Of a stretch of DNA of 64,000 bases, positions 40,257-51,370 are shown piece after piece. The notes beneath the pieces were generated by a model, which saw nothing but the letters and a program-made list of their open reading frames with translations, had not been told where the DNA came from and did not search any database. Made by a program: the position numbers and the translations under genes. Location: NCBI GenBank assembly GCA_004402915.1, contig SORU01000002.1, positions 28,842 through 92,841 on the forward strand, in the 5' to 3' direction. The DNA is from Fidelibacterota bacterium MT.SAG.2. GTDB taxonomy: Bacteria > Fidelibacterota > SORT01. Positions within the stretch are counted from its first letter, which is position 1. The number at the start of each line of letters is the position of its first letter.

Positions 40257-40895
40257 ATGGCGGGAATCATCGGAAAGAAATTAGGAATGACGCGGTTCTT
40301 CACTGAAGAGGGCAAGAGTTTCCCTGTCACATTGGTTGAAGCGGGACCGTGCGTCGTTACTCAGATAAAGACAGTTGAAATTGACGGCTATGATGCCGTT
40401 CAGGTAGGTTATTTCTCGAGGAAGGAATCAAAGACCAATAAGTCAATTCTCGGAATTTTCAAAAAAGCAAACGTAGAGACCAGACAGGGATTGACAGAAT
40501 TCAGAGGTCAGCTTACTATAACCGACGGGGAAGAGGAAAAACCGGTTGAAGTCGGCTCGGAGCTAACGATCGACCAGTTCAAAGCGGGTGAAAAAGTCCG
40601 TATCAGGGGTAAGTCAAAAGGGAAAGGATTTGCCGGAGTGGTGAAGAGATATCACTTCAAGGGCGGACCGGGTTCTCATGGACAGGGTGACAAATTGCGG
40701 TCGCGTGGTTCGGTAGGAGCAAGTTCGTATCCGTCGAGAGTAATCAAGGGAATGAAGATGGCGGGCAGAATGGGCGGCGAAAACAGAACTCTTCGCGATG
40801 TTCAGATACTCGAGATAGACAGAGAGAAGAATTTATTAGTATTGAAGGGACCGATACCGGGAGCCATTAATTCTACTATAAGAATTTGGAATTAG
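40257..40895 (+). CDS. rplC: 50S ribosomal protein L3
   Basis: GKKLGMT, KGKGFAGVVKR, KMAGRMG. Confidence 0.97.
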   Translation: MAGIIGKKLGMTRFFTEEGKSFPVTLVEAGPCVVTQIKTVEIDGYDAVQVGYFSRKESKTNKSILGIFKKANVETRQGLTEFRGQLTITDGEEEKPVEVGSELTIDQFKAGEKVRIRGKSKGKGFAGVVKRYHFKGGPGSHGQGDKLRSRGSVGASSYPSRVIKGMKMAGRMGGENRTLRDVQILEIDREKNLLVLKGPIPGAINSTIRIWN

Positions 40896-40896
40896 A

Positions 40897-41556
40897 ATGA
40901 GAGTAAACGTACTTACGGCAGGCGGCGAAGACAGCGGAAAGAAGATCAATCTCAATCCGTTGGTTTTCGAAGTGGAGCCGAGCAAGAATGCAATTTTCTC
41001 TTCGGTTGTCGCTGAGATGTGGCATCTGAAGCAGGGTTCACGAGCCACGAAGAGCAAAGGCCAAGTAAAGGTAAGCGGGAGAAAACCCTGGCGCCAGAAA
41101 GGCACAGGACGGGCAAGAGTAGGAACTTTGGGCTCTCCGATCTGGAGAAGCGGCGGTCATACGTTTGCGATCAAACCCGGCGTACGCGCTCACAAGGTAA
41201 ATAAGAAGGTCAAGCAGCTTGCGCGGAAAAGCGCATTTTCGGTTCACGCAAAGGCGGGTACTTTAAAGGTCGTGGAAGAGTTGAAATTTGAAACCAATAA
41301 AACCAGCCAGATGCGCGCGCTTCTGAAGAATCTTGGTATTGACGGCGTCAACAGCTTATTGATACTGAAGGAACTCGACGAGAATATACTGCTTTCGGCG
41401 AGGAATATTCCGAACATTATGGTTGTCACAGCAGGCAACAGTTCCACGTTAGACCTCGTGAGTTCAAGGAAAGTTATTTTAGAATCGGGAGCTGTCGAAA
41501 TTTTAAATAATATGTTTGTCAAGAAAGAAAAAGACTCCAAAGGAGATCCTGAATGA
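40897..41556 (+). CDS. rplD: 50S ribosomal protein L4
   Basis: KPWRQKGTGRAR.G..SPIWR.GG. Confidence 0.97.
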   Translation: MRVNVLTAGGEDSGKKINLNPLVFEVEPSKNAIFSSVVAEMWHLKQGSRATKSKGQVKVSGRKPWRQKGTGRARVGTLGSPIWRSGGHTFAIKPGVRAHKVNKKVKQLARKSAFSVHAKAGTLKVVEELKFETNKTSQMRALLKNLGIDGVNSLLILKELDENILLSARNIPNIMVVTAGNSSTLDLVSSRKVILESGAVEILNNMFVKKEKDSKGDPE

Positions 41557-41867
41557 GCGGATCAATTGTAATGGTGCCGATAATCACTGAGAAGATGCAT
41601 AATCTTCAGGAGTCAAACAACAGTTACGCTTTCAAGGTGTTACCGAGCAGTAATAAACTTGAGATAAAAAAAGCGGTGGAAGAACGATTCGGTGTTCACG
41701 TGAAACATGTGAGGACGATGAATCTCAAAGGAAAAAGCAGGATAATGTCTGTCAGAAGCGGTGGAAGAGTTATCCGCACTTCGGGAAAAAAGTCGAACTG
41801 GAAGAAAGCCATAGTAACGCTTCTGTCCGGTGAGACACTTGATATTTATGGAAACGAACCATCTTAA
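41553..41867 (+). CDS. rplW: 50S ribosomal protein L23
   Basis: PIITEK, NKLEIKKAVEERFGV, WKKAIVTL. Confidence 0.96.
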   Translation: MSGSIVMVPIITEKMHNLQESNNSYAFKVLPSSNKLEIKKAVEERFGVHVKHVRTMNLKGKSRIMSVRSGGRVIRTSGKKSNWKKAIVTLLSGETLDIYGNEPS

Positions 41868-41884
41868 TTTGAGACATGGATTAG

Positions 41885-42709
41885 ATGCCGATTAAACAAT
41901 ATAAACCGACGACTCCCGCTCAAAGGTATAAAACTACCTCGACTTTTGACGAGATAACGAAAACAGAGCCTGAGAAGAGTCTTGTCACAGTTTTGAAGAA
42001 AACGGGCGGCAGGAACAATAACGGGCGAATTACCTCCCGCAGACGGGGCGGCGGTCATAAGCGCAGATACCGTATTATCGATTTCAGAAGGGATAAGACT
42101 GGGATTCCGGCTAAGGTAGCGTCTATCGAATATGATCCGAACAGATCCGCGAGGATCGCACTGCTCTTTTATGCGGACGGGGAGAAACGGTACATTCTTT
42201 ATCCTGTCGGAATGAAGGTTGGCGACAGTGTGCAGTCGGGCACAGGCGCTCCGTTGAAACCGGGTAATTCACTTGCGATGGAAGATATTCCCACCGGTAC
42301 AATGGTGCATAATGTCGAGATGACTCTCGGAAAAGGGGGACAGGCTGTCCGAAGCGCGGGCACATCCGCTCAGCTGATGGCTAAAGAAGGCGGTTATGTC
42401 ACACTGAAGATGCCTTCAGGCGAAATTCGTATGCTTCGAAAAGAGTGTGTCGCTACGATCGGACAGGTGGGGAACAGAGATCATGAACTTATAGTAATCG
42501 GTAAAGCAGGACGCTCCCGCTGGTTAGGCAGAAGACCTAAGGTTCGCGGTGTCGCGATGAACCCTGTTGACCATCCGATGGGTGGTGGCGAAGGAAAATC
42601 TTCAGGAGGAAGACATCCCGTTTCACCGTGGGGAAAACCCTCGAAGGGAGGGAAAACCCGCAGAAAGAAGCTGTCGGATAAATTGATCATTAAGAGAAGG
42701 ACAAAGTAG
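41885..42709 (+). CDS. rplB: 50S ribosomal protein L2
   Basis: [25 protein letters not shown]. Confidence 0.99.
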   Translation: MPIKQYKPTTPAQRYKTTSTFDEITKTEPEKSLVTVLKKTGGRNNNGRITSRRRGGGHKRRYRIIDFRRDKTGIPAKVASIEYDPNRSARIALLFYADGEKRYILYPVGMKVGDSVQSGTGAPLKPGNSLAMEDIPTGTMVHNVEMTLGKGGQAVRSAGTSAQLMAKEGGYVTLKMPSGEIRMLRKECVATIGQVGNRDHELIVIGKAGRSRWLGRRPKVRGVAMNPVDHPMGGGEGKSSGGRHPVSPWGKPSKGGKTRRKKLSDKLIIKRRTK

Positions 42710-42712
42710 GGT

Positions 42713-43000
42713 ATGCCAAGGTCAGTAAAAAAAGGACCGTATGTGGACGAACGGCTTTTAAAGAGAATCACGGAGTTGAACAAGACTCGCGGTAAAAAGG
42801 TCATTCAGACCTGGTCGCGCAGAACGACGATCCCACCGGATTTCGTGGGACATACGATCGCAGTGCATAACGGAATGAAGTTTATCCCCGTATATATATC
42901 GGAAAATATGGTAGGACACAAGCTGGGCGAGTTTTCACCGACACGCACATTCAGAGGTCACGCAGGCAGCAGCAAAGATTCATCATCAAGGGTACGATAA
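42713..43000 (+). CDS. rpsS: 30S ribosomal protein S19
   Basis: [18 protein letters not shown]. Confidence 0.98.
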   Translation: MPRSVKKGPYVDERLLKRITELNKTRGKKVIQTWSRRTTIPPDFVGHTIAVHNGMKFIPVYISENMVGHKLGEFSPTRTFRGHAGSSKDSSSRVR

Positions 43001-43003
43001 AAA

Positions 43004-43369
43004 TTGAACGCTAAAGCAATTAAAAAATATTCAAGACAAGGACCACGCAAGGTTCGCCTGTTGGCAGACCTGATTCGGGGCAAGAATGTGGAAACGGCAA
43101 TAAATATTCTTCATTTTTCTAAAAAGAAAGCGGCAACGGAATTAGAGAAAACAGTACGCAGCGCAATAGCCAACCTCGTAAACTTAGAGGGTGGAGATGT
43201 AGATCCGGAGAAGTTGTTCGTCAAGGAGGTCTATATCGACGGGGGACCGTCAATCAAGCGATTCCGTCCGAGAGCGATGGGCAGGGCGACACCGATATTG
43301 AAGAGAACTGCTCATATGACCGTAATTGTTGCAACCCAGGATGAACGCAAAAAAGGAGTAAGGGCTTAA
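43004..43369 (+). CDS. rplV: 50S ribosomal protein L22
   Basis: [21 protein letters not shown]. Confidence 0.97.
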   Translation: MNAKAIKKYSRQGPRKVRLLADLIRGKNVETAINILHFSKKKAATELEKTVRSAIANLVNLEGGDVDPEKLFVKEVYIDGGPSIKRFRPRAMGRATPILKRTAHMTVIVATQDERKKGVRA

Positions 43370-43371
43370 GT

Positions 43372-44022
43372 ATGGGACAAAAAGTACATCCGATAGGGTT
43401 CAGGCTCGGTTATATAAAGACCTGGGATTCCCACTGGTTCGATGAAAAGAATTTTGCCGAAAAACTGAACGAAGATATAATGCTGAGGCGTTATGTGAAC
43501 AAGCGTCTCGATAAAGCGGCGGTTTCAAAAGTCAGGATTGAGCGAACCAATAAGAGGATAACGATAACGATCCACACGGCGAGACCGGGCATAGTTATAG
43601 GCAGCAAGGGGACTGAGGTCAATAAGCTCCGCGAAGAACTCAGAAAGCTGACTGACCGGGAAGTGCAGATCAATGTCAGCGAGATCAAACGTCCGGAACT
43701 CGACGCATTTCTCGTTGCGCAAAACATCGCGAAACAGTTGGAAGAAAAAGTCTCTTACAGAAGAGCGATAAAGAAAACTATTCAGTCGACTATGAGAATG
43801 GGCGCATTGGGAATTAAAATTGGAGCAGGCGGAAGACTCGGAGGCGCCGAGATGGGCAGAAGAGAACGGTTTCAGGAAGGCAGAGTTCCGCTGCATACAT
43901 TGCGCGCCGATATTGATTACGCCAGCGTAACAGCCTTCACGACCTACGGTTGTGTAGGTGTAAAGGTTTGGATCTACAGCGGTGAGGCGCAGCCGTTAAG
44001 AAGAATTGAGAAGAAAGATTAG
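43372..44022 (+). CDS. rpsC: 30S ribosomal protein S3
   Basis: [27 protein letters not shown]. Confidence 0.98.
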   Translation: MGQKVHPIGFRLGYIKTWDSHWFDEKNFAEKLNEDIMLRRYVNKRLDKAAVSKVRIERTNKRITITIHTARPGIVIGSKGTEVNKLREELRKLTDREVQINVSEIKRPELDAFLVAQNIAKQLEEKVSYRRAIKKTIQSTMRMGALGIKIGAGGRLGGAEMGRRERFQEGRVPLHTLRADIDYASVTAFTTYGCVGVKVWIYSGEAQPLRRIEKKD

Positions 44023-44436
44023 ATGTTAGAGCCGAGGAAAGTAAAACACAGGAAACATCATCGCGGTAAAAGAACCGGATTGGCATATCGCGGTTCAACA
44101 GTAGCTTTTGGTACCTATGGCTTGAAGGCGCTCGAGGCTGCATGGATAACGGGGAGACAGATCGAAGCGGCGCGTGTCGCAATAACCCGAAAGGTCAAAA
44201 GACACGGCAAGCTCTGGATACGGATATTCCCCGATAAACCCGTGACACAGAAACCCGCCGAAACCAGAATGGGCAAAGGTAAGGGTTCGCCGGAATACTT
44301 CGTGGCGGTGGTGAAGCCGGGAAGGATTCTGTTCGAGATAGACGGTGTTGACGAAAAATTGGCGCATGAAGCATTCAGACTTGGGCAGCATAAACTGCCG
44401 ATAAAAACAAAAATAGTTAAGAGGGTAGAAGTGTAG
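44023..44436 (+). CDS. rplP: 50S ribosomal protein L16
   Basis: QIEAAR, RIFPDKP, RMGKGKG. Confidence 0.98.
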   Translation: MLEPRKVKHRKHHRGKRTGLAYRGSTVAFGTYGLKALEAAWITGRQIEAARVAITRKVKRHGKLWIRIFPDKPVTQKPAETRMGKGKGSPEYFVAVVKPGRILFEIDGVDEKLAHEAFRLGQHKLPIKTKIVKRVEV

Positions 44437-44438
44437 CG

Positions 44439-44681
44439 ATGAAAAGAGAGGAATTAAGAGAACTCACGGAGGACGAAGTATCAAATCGACTCCGCGATTC
44501 AGTCGAGGAGTTGGAAAATCTCAAATTTAAACACTCGCTTCGGCAGCTGGAAAACCAGCAACGGATTAAAATGGTGCGAAGAAATATTGCGCAGTTAAAG
44601 ACGGTCATACATGAAGATAGGTTGGGACTCAGCGAATTACCCGGCAAAACGAAAAAGCAAGATGTTAAGGAGAACGAATAG
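44439..44681 (+). CDS. rpmC: 50S ribosomal protein L29 with short C-terminal extension
   Basis: ELRELT...LKF...[19 protein letters not shown]. Confidence 0.94.
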   Translation: MKREELRELTEDEVSNRLRDSVEELENLKFKHSLRQLENQQRIKMVRRNIAQLKTVIHEDRLGLSELPGKTKKQDVKENE

Positions 44682-44941
44682 TGAGCGGTGAAAGCGGCAG
44701 AAGGAAAACGCTTACAGGTGTGGTAATGAGCGATGTCAACGATAAAACCGTGGTCATTAAAGTCGAAAGGAGATTCCCCCATCCTAAATACGGTAAGATG
44801 GTGCGGAAGTCTAAACGGTTCATGGCTCACGATGAGAATAACTCATGCAGCATGGGCGACACTGTCAGGATAATCGAGTCGAGACCGATCAGTAAACTGA
44901 AAAGATGGCGCGTGTCGGAAATTATTGAGAAGGCGAAATAG
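44681..44941 (+). CDS. rpsQ: 30S ribosomal protein S17
   Basis: [23 protein letters not shown]. Confidence 0.97.
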   Translation: MSGESGRRKTLTGVVMSDVNDKTVVIKVERRFPHPKYGKMVRKSKRFMAHDENNSCSMGDTVRIIESRPISKLKRWRVSEIIEKAK

Positions 44942-44943
44942 GG

Positions 44944-45312
44944 ATGATCCAGACTCAGACAAAATTGACCGTTGCTGATAATACAGGCGCAAAAAGCATC
45001 ATGTGCATAAAGGTTTTAGGTGGTACGAAAAAGCGTTACGCAACCTTGGGCGATACCGTCGTGATAACGGTTAAGAGCGCAATACCAAACGGGATGGTGA
45101 AAAAGGGTCAGGTCGTGAAGGCGATAATCGTGCGGGTAAAGAAAGAGCGTGCAAGAAAAGACGGCACTTACATCAGATTTGACGAAAACGCCGCGGTGCT
45201 CGTAAACGATGCTTCCGAGCCGATAGGCACTCGTATTTTCGGCCCCGTTGCAAGAGAACTTCGCGAGAAGAATCATATGAAGATAATTTCTATGGCTCCG
45301 GAGGTTGTGTAA
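44944..45312 (+). CDS. rplN: 50S ribosomal protein L14
   Basis: [22 protein letters not shown]. Confidence 0.98.
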   Translation: MIQTQTKLTVADNTGAKSIMCIKVLGGTKKRYATLGDTVVITVKSAIPNGMVKKGQVVKAIIVRVKKERARKDGTYIRFDENAAVLVNDASEPIGTRIFGPVARELREKNHMKIISMAPEVV

Positions 45313-45313
45313 A

Positions 45314-45619
45314 ATGGTAAAAAAAGGCGATCAGGTTCTCGTTATTTCGGGTACAAGCGTTGCAAAAAAGGGGAAAGTCCTCAAAAGTCTGCCTAAGAAG
45401 AACAGGGTAATTGTTGAAGGACTGAATCTTGTAAAAAGACATTCAAAACCGTCCCAGAAACATCCGCAGGGTGGCATAATGGAATTTTCCGCTCCGATTC
45501 ATGTGTCGAATGTGATGCTTATATGCAGTAAATGCAACACTCCGACGCGGGAAAAACATAAAACGCTGGATGACGGCAGCAAGGTGAGAGTTTGCTCTCA
45601 CTGTGGAGAGATTACTTAG
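45314..45619 (+). CDS. rplX: 50S ribosomal protein L24
   Basis: KKGDQVLVISG, PIHVSNVM, CxxC pairs. Confidence 0.96.
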   Translation: MVKKGDQVLVISGTSVAKKGKVLKSLPKKNRVIVEGLNLVKRHSKPSQKHPQGGIMEFSAPIHVSNVMLICSKCNTPTREKHKTLDDGSKVRVCSHCGEIT

Positions 45620-45621
45620 AA

Positions 45622-46515
45622 GTGGCTGATAAAAAAGATAAAGCGGCAAAGCCGGAGGTGGCAAAGTCAGCGGCGAAACCACCGGTGGCAAAAGCAAAAG
45701 CTGAAGCGAAACAGGTTAAAACGGAGACGGCGGCTAAAGATGCCGTTGCAAAGAAAACCACGGCGAAACCGAAAAAGGTGGCAGTGCCACAGGTGAAACC
45801 ACAGGCAAAGGCACAGGCGGAACCTGAGGCAAAGAAGGAAGTAAAAGCGGTGTCCAAAGAGGCTAAGCCTAAGGCGACAGCTAAAGCAAAGTCTGAAGCA
45901 GCCCCTACCGCAAAGGCATCGAAGAAAGCGCCTAAAACAGCGGGAGATTACGTTCCTCGCTTAAAGGTATACTATAAGGACAAAGTAATACCGTATATGA
46001 TAGATAAATTTGAATACTCAAATACAAATATGGTACCGAAGCTCAGTAAAATATCTATAAACTCCCGCGTTTCGACCGCGAGGGACGAGGTTAAGGACCT
46101 TGAATCGATCACCGATGATATCAGCGTCGTTTCCGGTCAAAAAGCGGTTGTGACAAGGGCAAAGAAAGCTATCGCGAATTTCAAGATCAGACAGGGAGAC
46201 CCTGTCGGAGCTACGGTAACGATAAGAGGAAGCAGGATGTACGAGTTCCTTGACAGGATGATATCCATTGCCATACCTCGAGTAAGAGATTTCAACGGTC
46301 TGAAAGAGAAGTCGTTCGACGGATTCGGCAACTTTTCTTTCGGCGTAAAAGAACAGATAATATTTCCGGAGATCGACTACGATAAAGTTAATAAGATAAG
46401 AGGAATGGACATAACAATAGTAACCACAGCCAATACGGATGAGGAAGGTTACGAGCTGCTGAAGTCGCTCGGAATGCCCTTCAGGATTCTCGAAACGGCG
46501 GAACCAGGTAATTAA
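45622..46515 (+). CDS. rplE: 50S ribosomal protein L5 with ~108-aa Lys/Ala-rich N-terminal extension
   Basis: PRLK...GQKAVVTRAKKAIANFKIR, FDGFGNF, IFPEIDYDK; GTG start after GGAG. Confidence 0.93.
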   Translation: MADKKDKAAKPEVAKSAAKPPVAKAKAEAKQVKTETAAKDAVAKKTTAKPKKVAVPQVKPQAKAQAEPEAKKEVKAVSKEAKPKATAKAKSEAAPTAKASKKAPKTAGDYVPRLKVYYKDKVIPYMIDKFEYSNTNMVPKLSKISINSRVSTARDEVKDLESITDDISVVSGQKAVVTRAKKAIANFKIRQGDPVGATVTIRGSRMYEFLDRMISIAIPRVRDFNGLKEKSFDGFGNFSFGVKEQIIFPEIDYDKVNKIRGMDITIVTTANTDEEGYELLKSLGMPFRILETAEPGN

Positions 46516-46518
46516 CTA

Positions 46519-46704
46519 ATGGCAAAAAAATCATGGATAGCAAAGCAGAAGAAGACTCAAAAGTTTGCCGTAAGAGAGTATAACCGCTGTCAACGATGCG
46601 GTCGAGCGCGTTCATATTACAGGAGATTCGGACTTTGCAGAATCTGTTTCAGGGAGTTAGCGCTCAAGGGCGAGATACCCGGTATAACAAAGGCAAGTTG
46701 GTAA
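46519..46704 (+). CDS. rpsN: 30S ribosomal protein S14 type Z
   Basis: RCQRCGR...LCRICFRE Zn motif, 61 aa. Confidence 0.97.
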   Translation: MAKKSWIAKQKKTQKFAVREYNRCQRCGRARSYYRRFGLCRICFRELALKGEIPGITKASW

Positions 46705-46717
46705 GGGAGAGCTTTAG

Positions 46718-47116
46718 ATGTCGCACACATATCCGTTAGCGGATTATCTGACGAGAATTAGAAACGCCCAAATGGCAGGGAAAAGATGGGTAGACGTTCC
46801 GTCATCAAATTTGAAGAAAGCAGTCTCTCTGATACTTCGCCGCGAGGGGTATATTAAGGATATCATTCATGTAGACGAAGGTCCACAGGGGATCCTGAGA
46901 TTATATCTGAAGTACTTTGGCGAGGGGAGGGGAGTCATCGCAGGTATCGATTGCGTTTCCAAGCCGGGTAGACGCGTTTACTGTAATGCAAGCAACATTC
47001 CACGGGTGAGAAATGGACTCGGAATAGCAATAATCAGCACCTCTTCCGGAGTTGTCACCGGAAATGAGGCAAAGAAAAAAAATCAGGGTGGAGAAGTTCT
47101 CTGCCGGGTTTGGTAG
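46718..47116 (+). CDS. rpsH: 30S ribosomal protein S8
   Basis: ADYLTRIRNA, SKPGRRVY, GGEVLC. Confidence 0.97.
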   Translation: MSHTYPLADYLTRIRNAQMAGKRWVDVPSSNLKKAVSLILRREGYIKDIIHVDEGPQGILRLYLKYFGEGRGVIAGIDCVSKPGRRVYCNASNIPRVRNGLGIAIISTSSGVVTGNEAKKKNQGGEVLCRVW

Positions 47117-47124
47117 AGGTAGGA

Positions 47125-47709
47125 ATGTCAAAAATTGGTAAAGAACCGATAGTTTTACCTGAAGGCGTCGAGCTGAAACAATCGGGAACGCTCATTAGCG
47201 TAAAAGGTCCGAAAGGTGAATTATCCCAGGTGATCGACGAGCGTATCAGTGTAACAGTGGCAGACGGAATCGCTACCCTGACAAGAGCAAATGATGAAAA
47301 GCAGGTTCGCTCTTTACACGGATTATATAGAGCATTGTTAGCAAATATGACAATCGGCGTCAGTGAAGGATACGAAAAAATTCTCATATTGATAGGGATA
47401 GGTTTCTCAGCAGAGTTAAAAGGGAGTAAGCTCCTTCTCAGTCTCGGATTTTCCCATCCCGTTCTATTTGAAGCGCCGGAAGGTATCACCTTCGATATTC
47501 AAAAACCTGATCCGCAGCTAAAATCGGAATTTCGCAATCTGCAGGTTCAAATTTCGATTAAGGGAATTGACAAGCAATTGGTCGGACAGGTTGCCGCGAA
47601 CCTAAGGGCTATTAAACGACCGGAACCCTATAAGGGCAAGGGATTAAGATATTTAAACGAATATGTACGGAAGAAAGCAGGTAAGCAGGTTGCCACGGCT
47701 GCCGCTTAA
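47125..47709 (+). CDS. rplF: 50S ribosomal protein L6
   Basis: [22 protein letters not shown]. Confidence 0.97.
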   Translation: MSKIGKEPIVLPEGVELKQSGTLISVKGPKGELSQVIDERISVTVADGIATLTRANDEKQVRSLHGLYRALLANMTIGVSEGYEKILILIGIGFSAELKGSKLLLSLGFSHPVLFEAPEGITFDIQKPDPQLKSEFRNLQVQISIKGIDKQLVGQVAANLRAIKRPEPYKGKGLRYLNEYVRKKAGKQVATAAA

Positions 47710-47723
47710 AGCTAGAGGAAGAA

Positions 47724-48095
47724 TTGAAGGATAAAAATAAAATAAAAACCGCCTTAAGACTGAAAAAAGCGAGAAGGATCAAATCTCGTATGAGCGGAAC
47801 CGCGGAGAAACCGCGTTTAGTCGTATTTCGTTCGCTCAAGCATATATACGCTCAATTGGTCGATGACGTTTCGGGGAATACTCTCGTAACATCTTCAACA
47901 GCAGGAAAAGAATTGAAAGATAAAGGTTCATCAGGCGGCAAGGTCGAGCTAAGTAAGTTAGTCGGTATGCGATTGGCGGACGAGGCAAAGAAAAAGAAGA
48001 TCACTGCGGCAGTTTTTGACAGAAACGGTTACCTCTATCACGGACGGGTAAAAGCCGTTGCCGAAGGCGCCCGTGAAAACGGCTTAAAAATTTAA
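47724..48095 (+). CDS. rplR: 50S ribosomal protein L18
   Basis: [26 protein letters not shown]. Confidence 0.97.
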   Translation: MKDKNKIKTALRLKKARRIKSRMSGTAEKPRLVVFRSLKHIYAQLVDDVSGNTLVTSSTAGKELKDKGSSGGKVELSKLVGMRLADEAKKKKITAAVFDRNGYLYHGRVKAVAEGARENGLKI

Positions 48096-48104
48096 GGATA
48101 ATAG

Positions 48105-48620
48105 TTGAAACGAATTAATGCATCGGAATTAGAGCTTCTCGATGAGAAGGTAGTAAAGATCAATCGCGTGTCCAAAGTGGTCAAGGGCGGACAAAGGTTC
48201 GGGTTCAACGCTCTTGTGGTCGTGGGAGACGGTAAGGGGCATGTCGGAATAGGTCTCGGCAAGGCGGGCGAAGTTCTCTCATCAGTGAATAAGGGAAAGG
48301 ACGTCGCAAAAAAGAATATTGTGAAGATACCGCTGATGGGAGGGACGATTCCTCATAAAATAATAGGAAAGTTCGGCGCAGCGAGAGTAGTATTGAAACC
48401 GGCATCGCCGGGAACGGGAATAATCGCGGGCGGCGCCGTGCGAGCAGTTATGGAACAGGTAGGTATCCATGATATTCTCGCCAAATCGATAGGCTCGCCG
48501 AATCCGCATAACGTTGTAAAAGCGACTATGAACGGATTGTTAGGTCTTATGGATGCCACGGAAGCTTCACGCAAGAGAGGTATCTCGATCAAACAGATGT
48601 TCGGGATGGAATCAGAATAA
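48105..48620 (+). CDS. rpsE: 30S ribosomal protein S5
   Basis: [22 protein letters not shown]. Confidence 0.98.
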   Translation: MKRINASELELLDEKVVKINRVSKVVKGGQRFGFNALVVVGDGKGHVGIGLGKAGEVLSSVNKGKDVAKKNIVKIPLMGGTIPHKIIGKFGAARVVLKPASPGTGIIAGGAVRAVMEQVGIHDILAKSIGSPNPHNVVKATMNGLLGLMDATEASRKRGISIKQMFGMESE

Positions 48621-48817
48621 TGGCTGAGAATAAAGAGAGCGGCAAATTGAAAATCACACAGGTGAAGAGTGGTATCGGCTATCACCATACAGCCAAAAAG
48701 ACTCTGATAGCGCTCGGGCTGAGGAAGATGCATCAGACGGTGGTGCAGCCGGATAACGCTGCGATCCGCGGGATGATATTCAAGATCGACTATTTATTGA
48801 AGGTAGAAGAGGTATAG
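48620..48817 (+). CDS. rpmD: 50S ribosomal protein L30
   Basis: [20 protein letters not shown]. Confidence 0.95.
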   Translation: MAENKESGKLKITQVKSGIGYHHTAKKTLIALGLRKMHQTVVQPDNAAIRGMIFKIDYLLKVEEV

Positions 48818-49255
48818 ATGGGTTTAGAGAATTTAAGACGACCCGGAGGTCCGCGAAAAGCCCGTAAGAGAATCGGCAGGGGACAAGGTTCAGGCACCGG
48901 CGGTACGTCGGGAGCTGGGCATAAAGGAGCGCATTCGCGCAGCGGATTCAAGCGGAAGAAGGGTTTTGAAGGCGGGCAGATGCCACTGCAGCGCCGGGTG
49001 CCGAAAGTAGGATTCACCAATATATTCAGAGTCGAATATCAGGTGGTGAACGTTCGGGATCTCGAAAGAGCAGGGGGCAAGGAGATAACGCTCGACACGT
49101 TGATAGCGAGTGGACTTGTAAGAAACATGAACAAGCCGGTGAAAATATTGGGTACGGGCGACCTGACTGAAGCGTACAATGTTTCGGCAAATGCTTTCAG
49201 CAAGAGCGCCGTTGAGAAAATAGAGGCAGCCGGAGGCAAGACCACTACCGTATGA
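48818..49255 (+). CDS. rplO: 50S ribosomal protein L15
   Basis: GRGQGSG, GFEGGQMPLQRRVPK.GF. Confidence 0.97.
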   Translation: MGLENLRRPGGPRKARKRIGRGQGSGTGGTSGAGHKGAHSRSGFKRKKGFEGGQMPLQRRVPKVGFTNIFRVEYQVVNVRDLERAGGKEITLDTLIASGLVRNMNKPVKILGTGDLTEAYNVSANAFSKSAVEKIEAAGGKTTTV

Positions 49256-50592
49256 TAGAAAAGATATTAGCAATAACAAAGATACCCGAGCTTCGTAAAA
49301 GAATCGTTTTTACGCTGTTCATTATTATCGCTTATCGCATAGGCGGTCATATTCCTATTCCGGGAATTGACAGTCAGGCGTTGGCGATTGCGGTTCGCTC
49401 TTTCGCGAATACTCTGTTCGGACTTTACGATATGTTTGCCGGCGGCGCGTTTGCCAAGGCTACCATCTTCGCTCTCGGTATCATGCCTTATATCACTTCA
49501 TCAATTATCATACAGTTATTAGGTTCGGTAATTCCTTACTTCCAGAAACTTCAGAAGGAAGGGGAAGAGGGAAGAAAGAAGATCACTCAACTGACGAGAT
49601 ACGGTACGGTTGCTATCGCAACGGTGCAGTCTTACGGTATCGCCATTTATCTTATGGGTCTGCAGGCAGGAGCGGGGGGACAATCACTTCCTGTAGTGCC
49701 GGGCGATCCCGGGATGGCATTCATCTTGATGTCGATGTTGACGCTTATCACGGGAACGGTTGTTATCATGTGGCTCGGCGAGCTCATCACCGAAAGGGGA
49801 ATAGGTAACGGTATCAGTCTTATAATCATGGTTGGAATCCTCGCGCGATTCCCGAATGTTATTATCATTGAAGCCGATCTTGTACGTGAAGAGGTCAGAG
49901 GAATATTCACCGAGGTCGTGCTCATAGGTCTGATGTTCATCATTGTCGGATTCGTAGTGCTGCTGACTCAAGGGACTCGTAAGATCCCGGTTCAATATGC
50001 CAAACGTGTGATAGGGCGAAAACAGTACGGCGGTCAGACGACGCATATTCCGTTGAAAGTAAATACCGCAGGCGTTATGCCTATTATCTTCGCGCAGTCG
50101 ATCATGTTCGTTCCGAGCACAATAGCGACCATATTTCCGAATATAGCGTGGCTCCAGGATTATTTCCTAAGATATTTCTCTACCGATCATCCGTTTTATT
50201 GGTCCGTATTCGGGATTATGATAGTGTTTTTCACTTATTTTTACACGGCAATAGCTTTCAATCCGATCGAAGTAGCGGACAATATGAAAAAATCAGGCGG
50301 TTTCATACCGGGTATCAGACCGGGAAAGAAAACGTCGGAATTCATTGATAATATTTTGACACGGGTAACTCTTCCCGGCTCTTTCTTCCTGGCGTTTATC
50401 GCAATATTCCCGTATATACTGATGCAGATGACGGATGTGCAATACGATCTTGCTTCATTCTTCGGCGGGACAAGTCTGCTCATAATCGTAGGCGTGGCAT
50501 TGGATACGCTCAACCAAATTGAATCGCACCTCATCAGCAGGCACTATGACGGCTTCCTGAAGAGCGGTCGGATCAAAGGCAGGCGAAGGTAA
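49252..50592 (+). CDS. secY: Preprotein translocase SecY
   Basis: ALGIMPYIT, GIGNGISL, FIPGIRPG, GGTSLLI. Confidence 0.98.
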   Translation: MIEKILAITKIPELRKRIVFTLFIIIAYRIGGHIPIPGIDSQALAIAVRSFANTLFGLYDMFAGGAFAKATIFALGIMPYITSSIIIQLLGSVIPYFQKLQKEGEEGRKKITQLTRYGTVAIATVQSYGIAIYLMGLQAGAGGQSLPVVPGDPGMAFILMSMLTLITGTVVIMWLGELITERGIGNGISLIIMVGILARFPNVIIIEADLVREEVRGIFTEVVLIGLMFIIVGFVVLLTQGTRKIPVQYAKRVIGRKQYGGQTTHIPLKVNTAGVMPIIFAQSIMFVPSTIATIFPNIAWLQDYFLRYFSTDHPFYWSVFGIMIVFFTYFYTAIAFNPIEVADNMKKSGGFIPGIRPGKKTSEFIDNILTRVTLPGSFFLAFIAIFPYILMQMTDVQYDLASFFGGTSLLIIVGVALDTLNQIESHLISRHYDGFLKSGRIKGRRR

Positions 50593-50596
50593 GATC

Positions 50597-51370
50597 ATGA
50601 CTCTGCTGAAGACAAAAGAAGAGATCATGACGATCAGGGAGGCGGGTAAGATACTTTACGGCGCGATGCAGGCGGTGGAAGAAAAGATACAAGCCGGAAT
50701 GACGACCGAAGAGATCGATCTGTTAGTGGAAAATTATATAAAAGAGCATGATGCGATCCCTTCTTTTAAAGGTTTTCAAGGATTCCCGGGAAGCATCTGC
50801 ACTTCAGTCGGCTCGCAGGTAGTACATGGAATACCGGGCGACAGGGTACTCAAGACGGGCGAAATAGTAAGTATTGATATCGGCGTGAATAAAAACGGTT
50901 ATCACTCCGATTCCGCAAAGACGTTCGCGCTCGGAGATATTGACGAAAAAGTTCGCTGCTTGGTTGAAGTGACGGAGGAGGCTCTTTATCTTGGCATTGC
51001 GGAAGCTAAGGTAGGAAATAACATCGGAGATATTTCACGCGTGATCCAGGAGCATGCCGAATCCAACGGATTTGCGGTCGTTAGACAATTGGTGGGACAT
51101 GGTATCGGCAGATCGCTTCACGAAGATCCGAAGGTTCCGAATTTTGTGGACAGAAACCCGGGTCCCGTTCTTGAAAAAGGGATGGTTCTCGCGATAGAAC
51201 CGATGTTCAATATGGAAGAAATCGATGTGTTGACAGAACAGGACGGCTGGACGATAGTAACTAAAGACGGTAAACCGTCAGCGCATTTCGAGCACACTAT
51301 CGTGATATTGGACGAAGGCCCTAAGATATTAACGAACGGAACATCAATCGACTGGGAGAACATAAATTAA
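50597..51370 (+). CDS. map: Methionine aminopeptidase type I
   Basis: VVHGIP, GHGIG..LHEDP, AIEPM, SAHFEHT. Confidence 0.97.
   Translation: MTLLKTKEEIMTIREAGKILYGAMQAVEEKIQAGMTTEEIDLLVENYIKEHDAIPSFKGFQGFPGSICTSVGSQVVHGIPGDRVLKTGEIVSIDIGVNKNGYHSDSAKTFALGDIDEKVRCLVEVTEEALYLGIAEAKVGNNIGDISRVIQEHAESNGFAVVRQLVGHGIGRSLHEDPKVPNFVDRNPGPVLEKGMVLAIEPMFNMEEIDVLTEQDGWTIVTKDGKPSAHFEHTIVILDEGPKILTNGTSIDWENIN

Noticed and set aside
50592-50597. Absence of adk between secY and map
   Set aside because: Common arrangement in FCB lineages; not unusual
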